Assembly: GCA_964478915.1 (NCBI GenBank)
Contig: CAYZKG010000004.1
Span: 1-42,326 of the forward strand
Source: an uncultured Nitrospira sp.
Lineage (GTDB): Bacteria > Nitrospirota > Nitrospiria > Nitrospirales > Nitrospiraceae
Direction of reading: 5' to 3'
Length of the DNA: 42,326 nt
Positions 33,415-41,223 of the stretch are shown here, one piece after another. Numbering within the stretch: position 1 is the stretch's first letter; every line of letters begins with the position of its first letter. A program made the translations under genes and the position numbers. The notes beneath the pieces are model-generated. The model was not told where the DNA came from and ran no database searches. It worked only from the letters and a program-made list of their open reading frames with translations.

Positions 33415-35289
33415 ATGCATCCGATAGCGACTCTTCACAAACCCCGCACGTTGTTGCTGGTGGATCCCTATCCCCGGAACAATCCCTACCATCTGACCGC
33501 CAGCGAGCGCCGCGCGGTCTGGTTTCCGAAATTGAGCTTGCCGGTCATCGCCGCGTATACGCCCGACTCCTGGCACGTGGATCTGGTGGACGAGGCGGTC
33601 CAGGATATCGACTTCGATCACCCCTGCGATCTGGTCGGGCTGTCGGTCATGACCTGCTATGCGCCCCGGGCCTATGAAATCGCGACGGAGTTCAGAAAGC
33701 GGGGCAAGAAAGTGGTGCTGGGCGGGGTGCACCCCACCTACTGCCCCGACGAAGCGCTGCGGTACTGCGATGCGATCGTCTGCGGCGAGGCGGAAGACGT
33801 GTGGCCCCGGGTGGTGGCCGACTTCGAAGCTGGCGCCATGAAGCGGATCTACAAGATGGACCAGTTCCCCTCCATGGAACATTACAGGAGCCCGATCGTG
33901 CAGCTCCTCAGCCCCGATGCCTACATGACCCGCCAGTGCAGCTTTACGACACGGGGCTGCCATTTCGAGTGTGAGTTCTGCAGCGTCTCGCCGTTCAACG
34001 GGAAGACCACGCGGCGCCGCCCCGTCGCCGAGGTGGTGAAAGAGCTGTCGCAGATCAAGCAGTGGATCCGCGCCGAACTGGTGGAACGGATGCGGCACGG
34101 GTCGCTCCGGCAAGCGTTCATGACGGGGCTGCGGATCCGGATCGGCCTGGAAGACGGAACGATCTTCGCGTTCGTGGACGACCTGCATAACAGCCACCGC
34201 GGCTACTGCCGCGAGCTGTGGGAAGCGCTCAAGCCGCTCAAGATCAAATGGGGCTGCCAGGCCACCTTGTTCCTGGGCGATGACGCCGAGATGGTGAAGC
34301 TCGCCGCCGACAGCGGGTGCGTCTCGGTGTTCGTGGGGATGGAATCGCTGTCCGAAGACTCGCTGGAGGAGACGAACAAGGGCTTCAACCGTGTGCAGAT
34401 GTTCGAGCAAGAGATCAAGATGTTCCACGACCACGGCATCATGGTCAATCCGGGCATCGTCTTCGGCTTCGACAACGACGACGAATCCGTGTTCGAGCGG
34501 GCCGTGGAATTTCTGATCAAGAACCAGGTGGAGCTGGCCTACTTCAACGTGCTCACGCCGCTCCCCGGCACGCCGCTCTATGACCGGTACGACCGCGACG
34601 GGCGAATCTTCGACCGGGACTGGGCGAAGTATGACGGGAAGCACGTCGTCTTTCGTCCCAGCCGGATGACCCCCGAGCAGCTCCAGGAGGGCTTCTATTG
34701 GGCGAACCACCAGTTCTATTCGCTGCCGTCCATCTGGAAGCGGCTCTCCGGCACCAAGCAGCGGTTCCTCCCTCGCCTGGAGATGAACCGGGAGTTCCGG
34801 AAGCTGATCAAGCGGGCCTGTCCGCAGGGCACGCTCTCGCCGGTGGCCGCGGTCCTCAAGGGTCTGCAGGCGCGGCTGCCGTCCTTCGAGACGGAGCAGT
34901 TCATCCCCAACGCGCTCCATGCGCTCAAGATGGGGGAGAAGACCGCGCAGGAACTGTGGTTGAACATCAAGGCGCGCCGCCATGATCGTTTTGCGGCGCT
35001 CTTCGTGGATCTGGAAGGGACGCTGGATCGCCTCAACGCGCGCGAGCTGCTGAACCGGCTCAAGCATGCCGCCGAGAAGGCCAAGATGGATATCGTGCTG
35101 AACTTCGAGCACCTCAGAGAAGCCACGCCCGGCGCCCTCCAGACGCTGCTGGACCGGGAGGCATTGAAGGCCATCGCGCCCCATGCCAAGGTCCACTATC
35201 GGAAGTTCAAGGCGGCGTTCGCCAGCGCTGCGCAGGGCCTCTCGCTGGCCGGGCTGGAAATGCCGGACGAGGATCTTCAAGATGCATGA
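33415..35289 (+). CDS. B12-binding-domain radical SAM protein with a C-terminal STAS-like extension
   Basis: 624 aa. The N-terminal B12-like domain reads LLLVDPYP...LSLPVIAAYTP..DLVGLSVMT...VVLGGVHPT. The radical SAM motif is CHFECEFC (CX3CX2C). A DUF4070-like region (FYWANHQFYSLPSIWKRL) follows. The tail, FAALFVDLEGTLDRLNARELLNRLKHAAEKAKMDIVLNFEHLREATPGALQTLLD, is STAS-like. GAGGAGG lies 6 nt before ATG 33415. The stop overlaps the lysA start by 8 nt. Confidence 0.85.
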   Translation: MHPIATLHKPRTLLLVDPYPRNNPYHLTASERRAVWFPKLSLPVIAAYTPDSWHVDLVDEAVQDIDFDHPCDLVGLSVMTCYAPRAYEIATEFRKRGKKVVLGGVHPTYCPDEALRYCDAIVCGEAEDVWPRVVADFEAGAMKRIYKMDQFPSMEHYRSPIVQLLSPDAYMTRQCSFTTRGCHFECEFCSVSPFNGKTTRRRPVAEVVKELSQIKQWIRAELVERMRHGSLRQAFMTGLRIRIGLEDGTIFAFVDDLHNSHRGYCRELWEALKPLKIKWGCQATLFLGDDAEMVKLAADSGCVSVFVGMESLSEDSLEETNKGFNRVQMFEQEIKMFHDHGIMVNPGIVFGFDNDDESVFERAVEFLIKNQVELAYFNVLTPLPGTPLYDRYDRDGRIFDRDWAKYDGKHVVFRPSRMTPEQLQEGFYWANHQFYSLPSIWKRLSGTKQRFLPRLEMNREFRKLIKRACPQGTLSPVAAVLKGLQARLPSFETEQFIPNALHALKMGEKTAQELWLNIKARRHDRFAALFVDLEGTLDRLNARELLNRLKHAAEKAKMDIVLNFEHLREATPGALQTLLDREALKAIAPHAKVHYRKFKAAFASAAQGLSLAGLEMPDEDLQDA

Positions 35290-36541
35290 CTTTCAGTACC
35301 GGCACGGTGAACTGTACTGCGAGGGCGTGGCGATCGACCGGATCGCCAAGGAAGTGGGCACGCCCTGCTATATTTACAGCCATGCCACGCTGGTCCGGCA
35401 TTTTCGCGCCTTCGACCGCGCGTTTCAGGACATCCCGCATATCGTGGCATTTGCCATGAAAGCCAACTCCAATCTGGCCATTCTCCGCCTGATGGCTCTG
35501 GAGGGAAGCGGGGCCGACATCGTATCCGGCGGGGAGCTGTACCGGGCACTGCAGGCCGGTATTCCACCGCAAAAGATTGTGTTCGCCGGGGTGGGGAAGA
35601 ACCGTGCCGAGATCCGCTACGCCCTCGAGCAGGACATCCTCATGTTCAACGTCGAGTCCTCCGAGGAGCTCCATGCCATCGACGAAGTGGCGGCCGAGCT
35701 GCGCCGCCGGGCCCGCGTGGCGCTGCGGATCAACCCGGACATCGACCCCAAGACCCATCCCTATATCTCCACGGGCCTCAAGAAGAGCAAGTTCGGGATC
35801 AGCGCGGACCGCGCGGTCAGCGAGTTCAAGACGGCGCTCTCGCTGAAGCACGTCGAGGTCGTGGGAGTGCACAAGCACATCGGCTCGCAGCTGACCGACG
35901 TCACGCCGTTCGTGGACGCGCTAAAGAAAATCCTCAGCCTGATTGAGACCCTCAAGGGGCACGGCGCCGACATCCGCTATGTGAACATCGGAGGCGGGCT
36001 GGGCATCACCTACTCGGATGAAGCGCCGCCACACCCGCAGCAGTTCGCCGAGGCCATTTCCCCGCTGGTCCGTGACCTCAAATGTATCCTGATCATGGAG
36101 CCGGGCCGGGTGATCGTGGGGAACGCCGGCATCCTGCTGACCCGGGTGTTGTACAACAAGGAGGGGGAGGGCAAGCGCTTTGTGATCGTGGATGCGGCCA
36201 TGAACGACCTCATCCGGCCGAGCTTGTACGGGGCCTATCATGAGATCCGACCGGTCAGGGAGACTCCCGCCGCGAAGACCGTGACGGTGGACGTGGTCGG
36301 GCCGGTGTGCGAGTCCAGCGATTTTCTGGCCAAGGACCGGCCCCTGCCCGAAGTGAAGCGCGGGGACCTGTTGGCGGTCATGAGCGCAGGCGCCTACGGC
36401 TTCACGATGGCGTCCAACTACAACTCCCGGCCGCGGATTCCCGAAGTCATGGTGAAGGACGGGGAAGTTCATGTGATCCGGGAGCGCGAAGAATATGCGG
36501 ATCTGGTGCGCGGGGAGACGATTCCGGAATTTCTGAGGTAA
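35282..36541 (+). CDS. lysA: Diaminopimelate decarboxylase
   Basis: MHDFQYRHGELYCEGVAIDRIAKEVGTPCYIYS...AMKANSNLAIL...HIGSQ...EPGR...CESSD...SAGAYG. The start is taken at the conserved Met; the track ORF begins 33 codons upstream, inside the radical SAM gene. Confidence 0.93.
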   Translation: MHDFQYRHGELYCEGVAIDRIAKEVGTPCYIYSHATLVRHFRAFDRAFQDIPHIVAFAMKANSNLAILRLMALEGSGADIVSGGELYRALQAGIPPQKIVFAGVGKNRAEIRYALEQDILMFNVESSEELHAIDEVAAELRRRARVALRINPDIDPKTHPYISTGLKKSKFGISADRAVSEFKTALSLKHVEVVGVHKHIGSQLTDVTPFVDALKKILSLIETLKGHGADIRYVNIGGGLGITYSDEAPPHPQQFAEAISPLVRDLKCILIMEPGRVIVGNAGILLTRVLYNKEGEGKRFVIVDAAMNDLIRPSLYGAYHEIRPVRETPAAKTVTVDVVGPVCESSDFLAKDRPLPEVKRGDLLAVMSAGAYGFTMASNYNSRPRIPEVMVKDGEVHVIREREEYADLVRGETIPEFLR

Positions 36542-36602
36542 GATGGACCGCCATGCTGCCCTCCGCTTCAGCGCCTCCCGAATCGACCCTTCCGGCCTCA
36601 TC

Positions 36603-36716
36603 ACCCATTGCATTCGGAAGAGCAATGGGTTCCCGGGCGGCAGCCTTCGGGAAATTCCTTCTGCTGCGGTCCGGGTACCCGTTGCCGCAACGCGGGTACC
36701 CGTTACTGCAACGGGT
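36603..36716. repeat. Cluster of three REP-like palindromic elements, including a 21-nt tandem duplication, in the lysA-dapF spacer
   Basis: 36603-36630: ACCCATTGC attcggaaga GCAATGGGT. 36673-36692 and 36694-36713: GGGTACCCGTTGCCGCAACG / GGGTACCCGTTACTGCAACG, with a period of 21 nt. The second copy folds as ACCCGTT-actgc-AACGGGT (36698-36716). Confidence 0.7.
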
Positions 36717-36851
36717 GATGACCGCAGTGCGATCAGTCAGTTTCCGTTTTCCACCCGGCTGAGGCTCGTTGGGTCCCCGATCCTCCGGCGACTTCGCTCC
36801 GGACAGCATGGCAGTCTCTATGGACCGATTCGTGCACCAAGAGGAGTGTGA

Positions 36852-37748
36852 GTGAGTAAGAGAGAGAAGGCGATTCCGTTCATGAAGCTGTCCGGAAGCG
36901 GGAACGATTTCATCCTGATCGACAACCGCCGCTGGGTGGTCGACCCCAGACGGGCCGGCGCGCTCGCGGCCAAGGTCTGCCCGCACCGGATGTCCGTGGG
37001 AGGCGACGGTCTGATCCTGATCGAGCGATCGCGCCGGGCCGATTTCCGGTGGCGGCTGTTCAACGCCGACGGGAGCGAAGCGGAATTCAGCGGCAACGGC
37101 GCCCGGTGCGCGGCGCGGTTCGCCTATCTGAAGCGGATCGCCCCGAGACGGATGCGCTTCGAGACGCTGGCCGGGATCGTCGAGGCCGAACTGGTCGCCA
37201 ATCGCTCTGGTCAGCGAGGCCGACGGATCGCCGGACGAGCTCTTACCGGGGTCAAAGTCCGGTTTCCTGATCCCTCTGGACTGCGGCTGCATCTCAAGGT
37301 GTCGATTGAGCAACCCTCGGATGAGCGCAAGGTCTGCGAAGCCCATTTCCTCGACACCGGCGTTCCCCACTGCGTCTATTTCGTGGACGACCCTGAGCGC
37401 GTGGACGTGGTGGGCATCGGGCGGCCGACCAGGTATCACCCCTTGTTTGAGCCCGCCGGGGCGAACGTCAATTTCATCAAGGTGCTGGATCCGCATCGGA
37501 TCCGCATCAGGACGTACGAGCGCGGAGTCGAGGATGAGACGCTGGCCTGCGGCACCGGTGCGATCGCGGCTGCCTTGATCGCCAGCCTCATCGCCAAGGT
37601 CGAGTCCCCGGTTACGTTGCTTCCGCAAAGCGGGCTCGAGCTTGCGGTCCATTTCACATCGCGTGGAGAGTCCTTTACCGATGTGTATCTGGAAGGCGAT
37701 GCCCGCGCGGTGTATGAAGGGCGCATCCTGCCGGATGCGTGGATGTGA
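36852..37748 (+). CDS. dapF: Diaminopimelate epimerase
   Basis: IPFMKLSGSGNDFILIDN...FNADGSEAEFSGNGARC...ERGVEDETLACGTGA, with both catalytic Cys contexts. The GTG start at 36852 follows AGAGGAG at ~6 nt. An alternative ATG lies at 36882. Confidence 0.9.
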   Translation: MSKREKAIPFMKLSGSGNDFILIDNRRWVVDPRRAGALAAKVCPHRMSVGGDGLILIERSRRADFRWRLFNADGSEAEFSGNGARCAARFAYLKRIAPRRMRFETLAGIVEAELVANRSGQRGRRIAGRALTGVKVRFPDPSGLRLHLKVSIEQPSDERKVCEAHFLDTGVPHCVYFVDDPERVDVVGIGRPTRYHPLFEPAGANVNFIKVLDPHRIRIRTYERGVEDETLACGTGAIAAALIASLIAKVESPVTLLPQSGLELAVHFTSRGESFTDVYLEGDARAVYEGRILPDAWM

Positions 37749-37750
37749 AC

Positions 37751-37838
37751 AGGCAAGAGGCTAGAGGCGATGGGCTATAGGGAACGCGCTGGCCGGCTTC
37801 CGACCCATAAGCCTCTAGCCCCGCGCCTCTCGCCCAAG
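37751..37838. repeat. Heptanucleotide-periodic inverted repeat in the dapF-dapA spacer
   Basis: Left arm: AGGCAAG AGGCTAG AGGCGAT GGGCTAT AGGGAAC (37751-37785). Right arm: CCCATAA GCCTCTA GCCCCGC GCCTCTC GCCCAAG (37804-37838). It shares a 16-mer with 533-548. Confidence 0.75.
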
Positions 37839-37846
37839 GAGTGGAT

Positions 37847-38719
37847 ATGTTTAGCGGCTCGCTCGTTGCCATCGTCACGCCGTTCCGGAACGGACGGGTG
37901 GATGAACGCGCGCTCGGTGACCTGATCGAGTTTCAGATCGCGAACGGCACGCACGGCATCGTGCCCTGCGGCACGACCGGTGAATCCGCGACGCTGTCTC
38001 ACGAAGAGCATGAGCGCGTCGTGGCCTTTACGGTGGAGGCGGTCAAGCGAAGAGCGTCGGTGATCGCGGGGACGGGCTCGAACTCCACGGATGAGGCGAT
38101 TGCCCTCACCCGCCATGCCAAGAAGGCCGGAGCCGACGGCGCGTTGTTGATCACGCCGTATTACAACAAGCCCATGCAGGAAGGGCTGTTCCGCCATTAC
38201 AAGGCAGTGGCCGAGGCGGTGGATCTCCCACTGGTCCTGTACAACATCCCGGGACGCACCAGCGTCAACATGGCGCCCTCCACCGTGGCGAGGCTTGCGG
38301 CGCTCCGGAATATCGTGGCGATCAAGGAGGGGAGCGGCTCGCTCACGCAGGTCTCGGAGATCATCCAGAGCTGCGGCGATCGGATCACGGTCCTGTCCGG
38401 AGACGACGCGCTCACGCTGCCGATGATGGCCCTGGGCGCGAAGGGCGTGATTACGGTCATGGCCAACATCGCGCCGGCCGACATGGCCGCCATGGTGAAT
38501 GCATTCGCGGCGGGCCGGCTTGCCGAGGCTCGCCGGCTCCACTACAAAATGGCCCCGCTCTTCGCCGCCCTCTTCCTGGAGACCAATCCCATTCCGGTGA
38601 AAGAGGCTCTGGCGATGATGGGCAAGATCGACGGCGAGCTGCGGCTTCCGCTCAGCCCGATGGCTGCGGACAGTCGTGAGAAGTTGGCTCAGGCCTTAAA
38701 GGAATACGGCCTCATCTAG
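37847..38719 (+). CDS. dapA: 4-hydroxy-tetrahydrodipicolinate synthase
   Basis: MFSGSLVAIVTPF...GIVPCGTTGES.TLS..EH...ITPYYNKP...LYNIPGRT. ATG 37847 lies 5 nt after AAGGAG. The track start is the GTG at 37841. Confidence 0.93.
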   Translation: MFSGSLVAIVTPFRNGRVDERALGDLIEFQIANGTHGIVPCGTTGESATLSHEEHERVVAFTVEAVKRRASVIAGTGSNSTDEAIALTRHAKKAGADGALLITPYYNKPMQEGLFRHYKAVAEAVDLPLVLYNIPGRTSVNMAPSTVARLAALRNIVAIKEGSGSLTQVSEIIQSCGDRITVLSGDDALTLPMMALGAKGVITVMANIAPADMAAMVNAFAAGRLAEARRLHYKMAPLFAALFLETNPIPVKEALAMMGKIDGELRLPLSPMAADSREKLAQALKEYGLI

Positions 38720-38789
38720 CAGTGAGGAGTGAACAGTGAGGAGTTAGGTGATCGTCTCCTCACTCTTCACTCCTTACTCCTCACTGGAG
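38720..38789. repeat. Ten consecutive heptads forming a perfectly phased inverted repeat in the dapA-dapB spacer
   Basis: CAGTGAG GAGTGAA CAGTGAG GAGTTAG GTGATCG | TCTCCTC ACTCTTC ACTCCTT ACTCCTC ACTGGAG. The dyad falls between 38754 and 38755. The 3'-most heptad supplies the GGAG 5 nt before the dapB ATG. Confidence 0.85.
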
Positions 38790-38794
38790 TCACC

Positions 38795-39598
38795 ATGATT
38801 AAGGTGATCGTGACAGGTGCAGCCGGCCGCATGGGCGGACGGGTGGTCGCCCTTCTGAAAGAGTCAGCGGCTCTGACGCTGGTTGGAGCGGTGGAGAGCA
38901 AAGGGCACGTGTCTGTCGGCGAGGATGCGGGCGACATGGCGGGTTGCGGGCGCACCGGCGTTCTGATCGTGGATGACCTGTCGGCGGTCATGGAGCGCGG
39001 CGAAGTGGTCATTGATTTTTCCGTTCCCGACGCCACGGTGACCTATGCCCGGCTCTCCGCTCAGCACCGGCGCGCCATGGTGATCGGCACCACCGGTCTC
39101 TCGCCGCAGGAAGTGGCCGAGCTGCGGACACTGGCGCGGTCCTTCCCCTGTGTCTTTTCCCCGAACATGAGCGTCGGGGTCAACGTCATCTTCAAGGTCA
39201 TCACCCAGATGGCGAAGGCGTTTGGAGAGGAGTACGACCTGGAAGTGATCGAGGCGCATCACCGTTTGAAGAAGGACGCACCGAGCGGCACGGCGTTGAA
39301 GATGGCCGAGCTCCTGGCCCGCGCGCTGAACCGGAGCCTGGATCAAGTCGGGATCTATGCCCGAAAGGGTCTCATCGGCGAGCGGCCTCGAGGACAGATC
39401 GGCATCCAGACGATCCGGGCCGGCGACATCGTCGGAGACCACACCGTCCTGTTCGGCGGAATGGGCGAGCGCGTGGAGGTGACCCACCGCGTGCAAAGCC
39501 GCGACACCTTTGCGCGTGGGGCGTTGCGCGCCGCACGGTGGGTGGTCCGGCAGCCGCCCGGCCTGTACGATATGCAGGATGTCCTGGAATTAAAATAG
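38795..39598 (+). CDS. dapB: 4-hydroxy-tetrahydrodipicolinate reductase
   Basis: MIKVIVTGAAGRMGGRVV...VIDFS.P......GTTG...SPNMSVGVN...EAHHR.K.DAPSGTA. The track ORF starts 22 codons upstream, inside the repeat. Confidence 0.93.
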   Translation: MIKVIVTGAAGRMGGRVVALLKESAALTLVGAVESKGHVSVGEDAGDMAGCGRTGVLIVDDLSAVMERGEVVIDFSVPDATVTYARLSAQHRRAMVIGTTGLSPQEVAELRTLARSFPCVFSPNMSVGVNVIFKVITQMAKAFGEEYDLEVIEAHHRLKKDAPSGTALKMAELLARALNRSLDQVGIYARKGLIGERPRGQIGIQTIRAGDIVGDHTVLFGGMGERVEVTHRVQSRDTFARGALRAARWVVRQPPGLYDMQDVLELK

Positions 39599-39604
39599 GG
39601 CCGG

Positions 39605-39652
39605 CCTCTTCAGCCTCTCAGCCTCAGCTCACTCAGCACTCACAACTCAACC
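39605..39652. repeat. One-armed, less regular CTCAGC/ACTCANC short-period array between the convergent dapB and ADH stops
   Basis: CCTCTTCAGCCTCTCAGCCTCAGCTC is followed by clean heptads ACTCAGC ACTCACA ACTCAAC (39631-39651). Confidence 0.55.
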
Positions 39653-39655
39653 CTG

Positions 39656-40657
39656 CTAGTTGACCAGCAGGACGCCCGCGCCCTGAATCGCGCCTGCTTT
39701 CAGGGCCTTCAGGGCGGTGTTGGCTTCTTCGAGCGGAAAGCGTCGGGTGTGTGACCGGACGGGAACGGCTGCGGCTTCGCTCAGGAAATCCACGCCGTCC
39801 TGCTTGGTGTTGGCTGTCACGCTGCGTATGATGCGCTCTCCGAACAGCTCGCGGTCGTAATCGAGCTGGGGAATCGGTGTCAGGTGGATGCCGGCGATAG
39901 CCAGTGTGCCCCCCCGCTCTAGCGCGCGAAGGGCAGGCGGGACCAGCTCGCCGGCCGGCGCGAACATGATCGCGGCATGGAGCTTGTCGGGCGGGGCTTC
40001 GGCCGCTTCGCCGACCCAGACCGCGCCCAGGTCCTTGGCCAAGCGCCGATGCTCCTCCCGCAGGGAGCAGACGTACACCGTGCACCCCCAGCGGCGGGCG
40101 ATCTGGATGGTGATGTGAGCCGAGGCCCCAAAGCCGTACAGGCCAAGGCGCTGTCCATACCGGATGCCGCTGAGGCGCAGCGCTCGAAAGCCAATGATGC
40201 CGGCGCAGAGCAGGGGCGCGGCCTCTTCATCGCTGAAGGTGTCGGGGAGGGGGTAGGCGAACGACTCGGGCACGACTGCATACTCCGCGTAGCCGCCGTC
40301 CACATGGTAGCCGGTGAAGATGGGCTGGACGCAGAGGTTCTCCCGTCCGCTGAGGCAAAAGTCGCAGCGGCCGCAGGTCTGCTGAAGCCAGGCAATCCCC
40401 ACCCGATCGCCTTCTTTCATCGTTCGGACCCCAGGCCCGACTTTGTCCACCGTGCCGACCACCTCGTGGCCCGGCACCACCGGCAGCTTTCCCCGTGGGA
40501 GGTCCCCCTCCACGATATGAAGATCGGTCCGGCAGACCCCACACACCCGCACCCGCACCCGCACCTGCCCCGATCCGGGCTCGGGGACAGGCACCTCTTC
40601 CAGCGCCAATGGATGGCGAGTCGCGTCGCCGGGCTGCCGAAGCACCATCGCTCTCAT
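39656..40657 (-). CDS. Zinc-dependent alcohol dehydrogenase family oxidoreductase
   Basis: MRAMVLRQ...CGVCRTDLHIVEGD...PGHEVVG...structural-zinc CGRCDFCLSGRENLC...GLYGFGASAH. The start is taken at the Met preceded by GGAGAG (7 nt). The track start is 5 codons upstream at 40672. Confidence 0.85.
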   Translation of the reverse strand: MRAMVLRQPGDATRHPLALEEVPVPEPGSGQVRVRVRVCGVCRTDLHIVEGDLPRGKLPVVPGHEVVGTVDKVGPGVRTMKEGDRVGIAWLQQTCGRCDFCLSGRENLCVQPIFTGYHVDGGYAEYAVVPESFAYPLPDTFSDEEAAPLLCAGIIGFRALRLSGIRYGQRLGLYGFGASAHITIQIARRWGCTVYVCSLREEHRRLAKDLGAVWVGEAAEAPPDKLHAAIMFAPAGELVPPALRALERGGTLAIAGIHLTPIPQLDYDRELFGERIIRSVTANTKQDGVDFLSEAAAVPVRSHTRRFPLEEANTALKALKAGAIQGAGVLLVN

Positions 40658-40746
40658 GAGTTGTCTCTCCAAAGCACACTACCCCTCCGCCCGGGATCGA
40701 GCGCAGGGGTAGTAAGAGAGAAGCCGGTGACCGGCTGCCAGCGCCC

Positions 40747-40977
40747 TTATTGAGCCGGCAGGTTCATGTAGAGGAGCACGGGGATGACGATGGCGCTCGC
40801 CCACGTGAGCCACTTCTTGCGGAAGACATCGTGGATGCCGTAGATCAGCACCACGGCAATGGCAGAGAAGTAGAGAGTTGCGTTGCCTCTGGAGTATCCG
40901 CTGACCCCTTCGGCGAATGCCACTGCCGGCGACAAGGTGAGCGCGAATCCGAAGAGGATACTGAGAATTCGGTTCAT
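40747..40977 (-). CDS. Small membrane/exported protein (76 aa), no family recognised
   Basis: GAGGAGG lies 5 nt upstream. The signal-like N-terminus is MNRILSILFGFALTLSPAVAFA. Two hydrophobic segments follow. Confidence 0.55.
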   Translation of the reverse strand: MNRILSILFGFALTLSPAVAFAEGVSGYSRGNATLYFSAIAVVLIYGIHDVFRKKWLTWASAIVIPVLLYMNLPAQ

Positions 40978-41136
40978 AGGTCGCCTCCTCGACTTTCTAG
41001 GGTTCCCGGCGCCATGAGCAGCTCCCAGGGCCCGGTCAATGTTTTCTAAAAGGATGCTCCTGAGGGTCGAGAAAAGTCAATCGGCTACGCTGCCCGCCCG
41101 GAGAGCCATCTTGAGGCCGGGAATCAGGGTATTTCC

Positions 41137-41165
41137 TTGACAGGGCACCGAGGCCATCCTAAGCT
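41137..41165 (+). promoter_or_regulatory. Candidate sigma70-type promoter
   Basis: TTGACA (41137-41142), a 17-nt spacer, then TAAGCT (41160-41165), about 58 nt before the ATG at 41224. Confidence 0.35.
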
Positions 41166-41223
41166 AAGCTGCTGCCAGCGGTAGCCTTCTGCGTTGCACA
41201 CTTAACCATAAGGATGGCCCCCT

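Noticed and set aside
36543-36851. 102-codon ORF that exactly fills the lysA-dapF gap, with an in-frame 21-nt repeat (VRVPVAA/TRVPVTA)
   Set aside because: The same palindromic motif occurs in clearly non-coding convergent gaps (25.7 kb), so the repeat acts at the nucleic-acid level. The product is Arg/Ser/Pro-rich, and GC3 drops after about 34 codons. It is not fully excluded because a GAGG lies 4 nt upstream, and it is mentioned in a finding.
28541-37652. Series of long minus-strand ORFs (28541-29710, 30324-31724, 31741-32946, 33397-35280, 35921-36625, 36447-37652) across the arg/lys cluster
   Set aside because: Each one is antisense to a plus-strand gene with clear enzyme motifs. Their products are Arg/Pro/Gly/His-rich with no motifs.
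38720-38789. Heptad arrays considered as possible CRISPR or mini-CRISPR arrays
   Set aside because: The period is only 7 nt, with no unique spacers. No cas genes lie in the window. The arrays sit inside operons as inverted arms.
40544-40567. Hexanucleotide tandem repeat CACCCG x3 (+CACCTG) inside the ADH gene, encoding VRVRVRV
   Set aside because: It is in frame and lies within the conserved beta-strand that precedes the catalytic CGVCRTD motif. It is most simply a codon-level coincidence or minor slippage, and there is no sign of phase variation.
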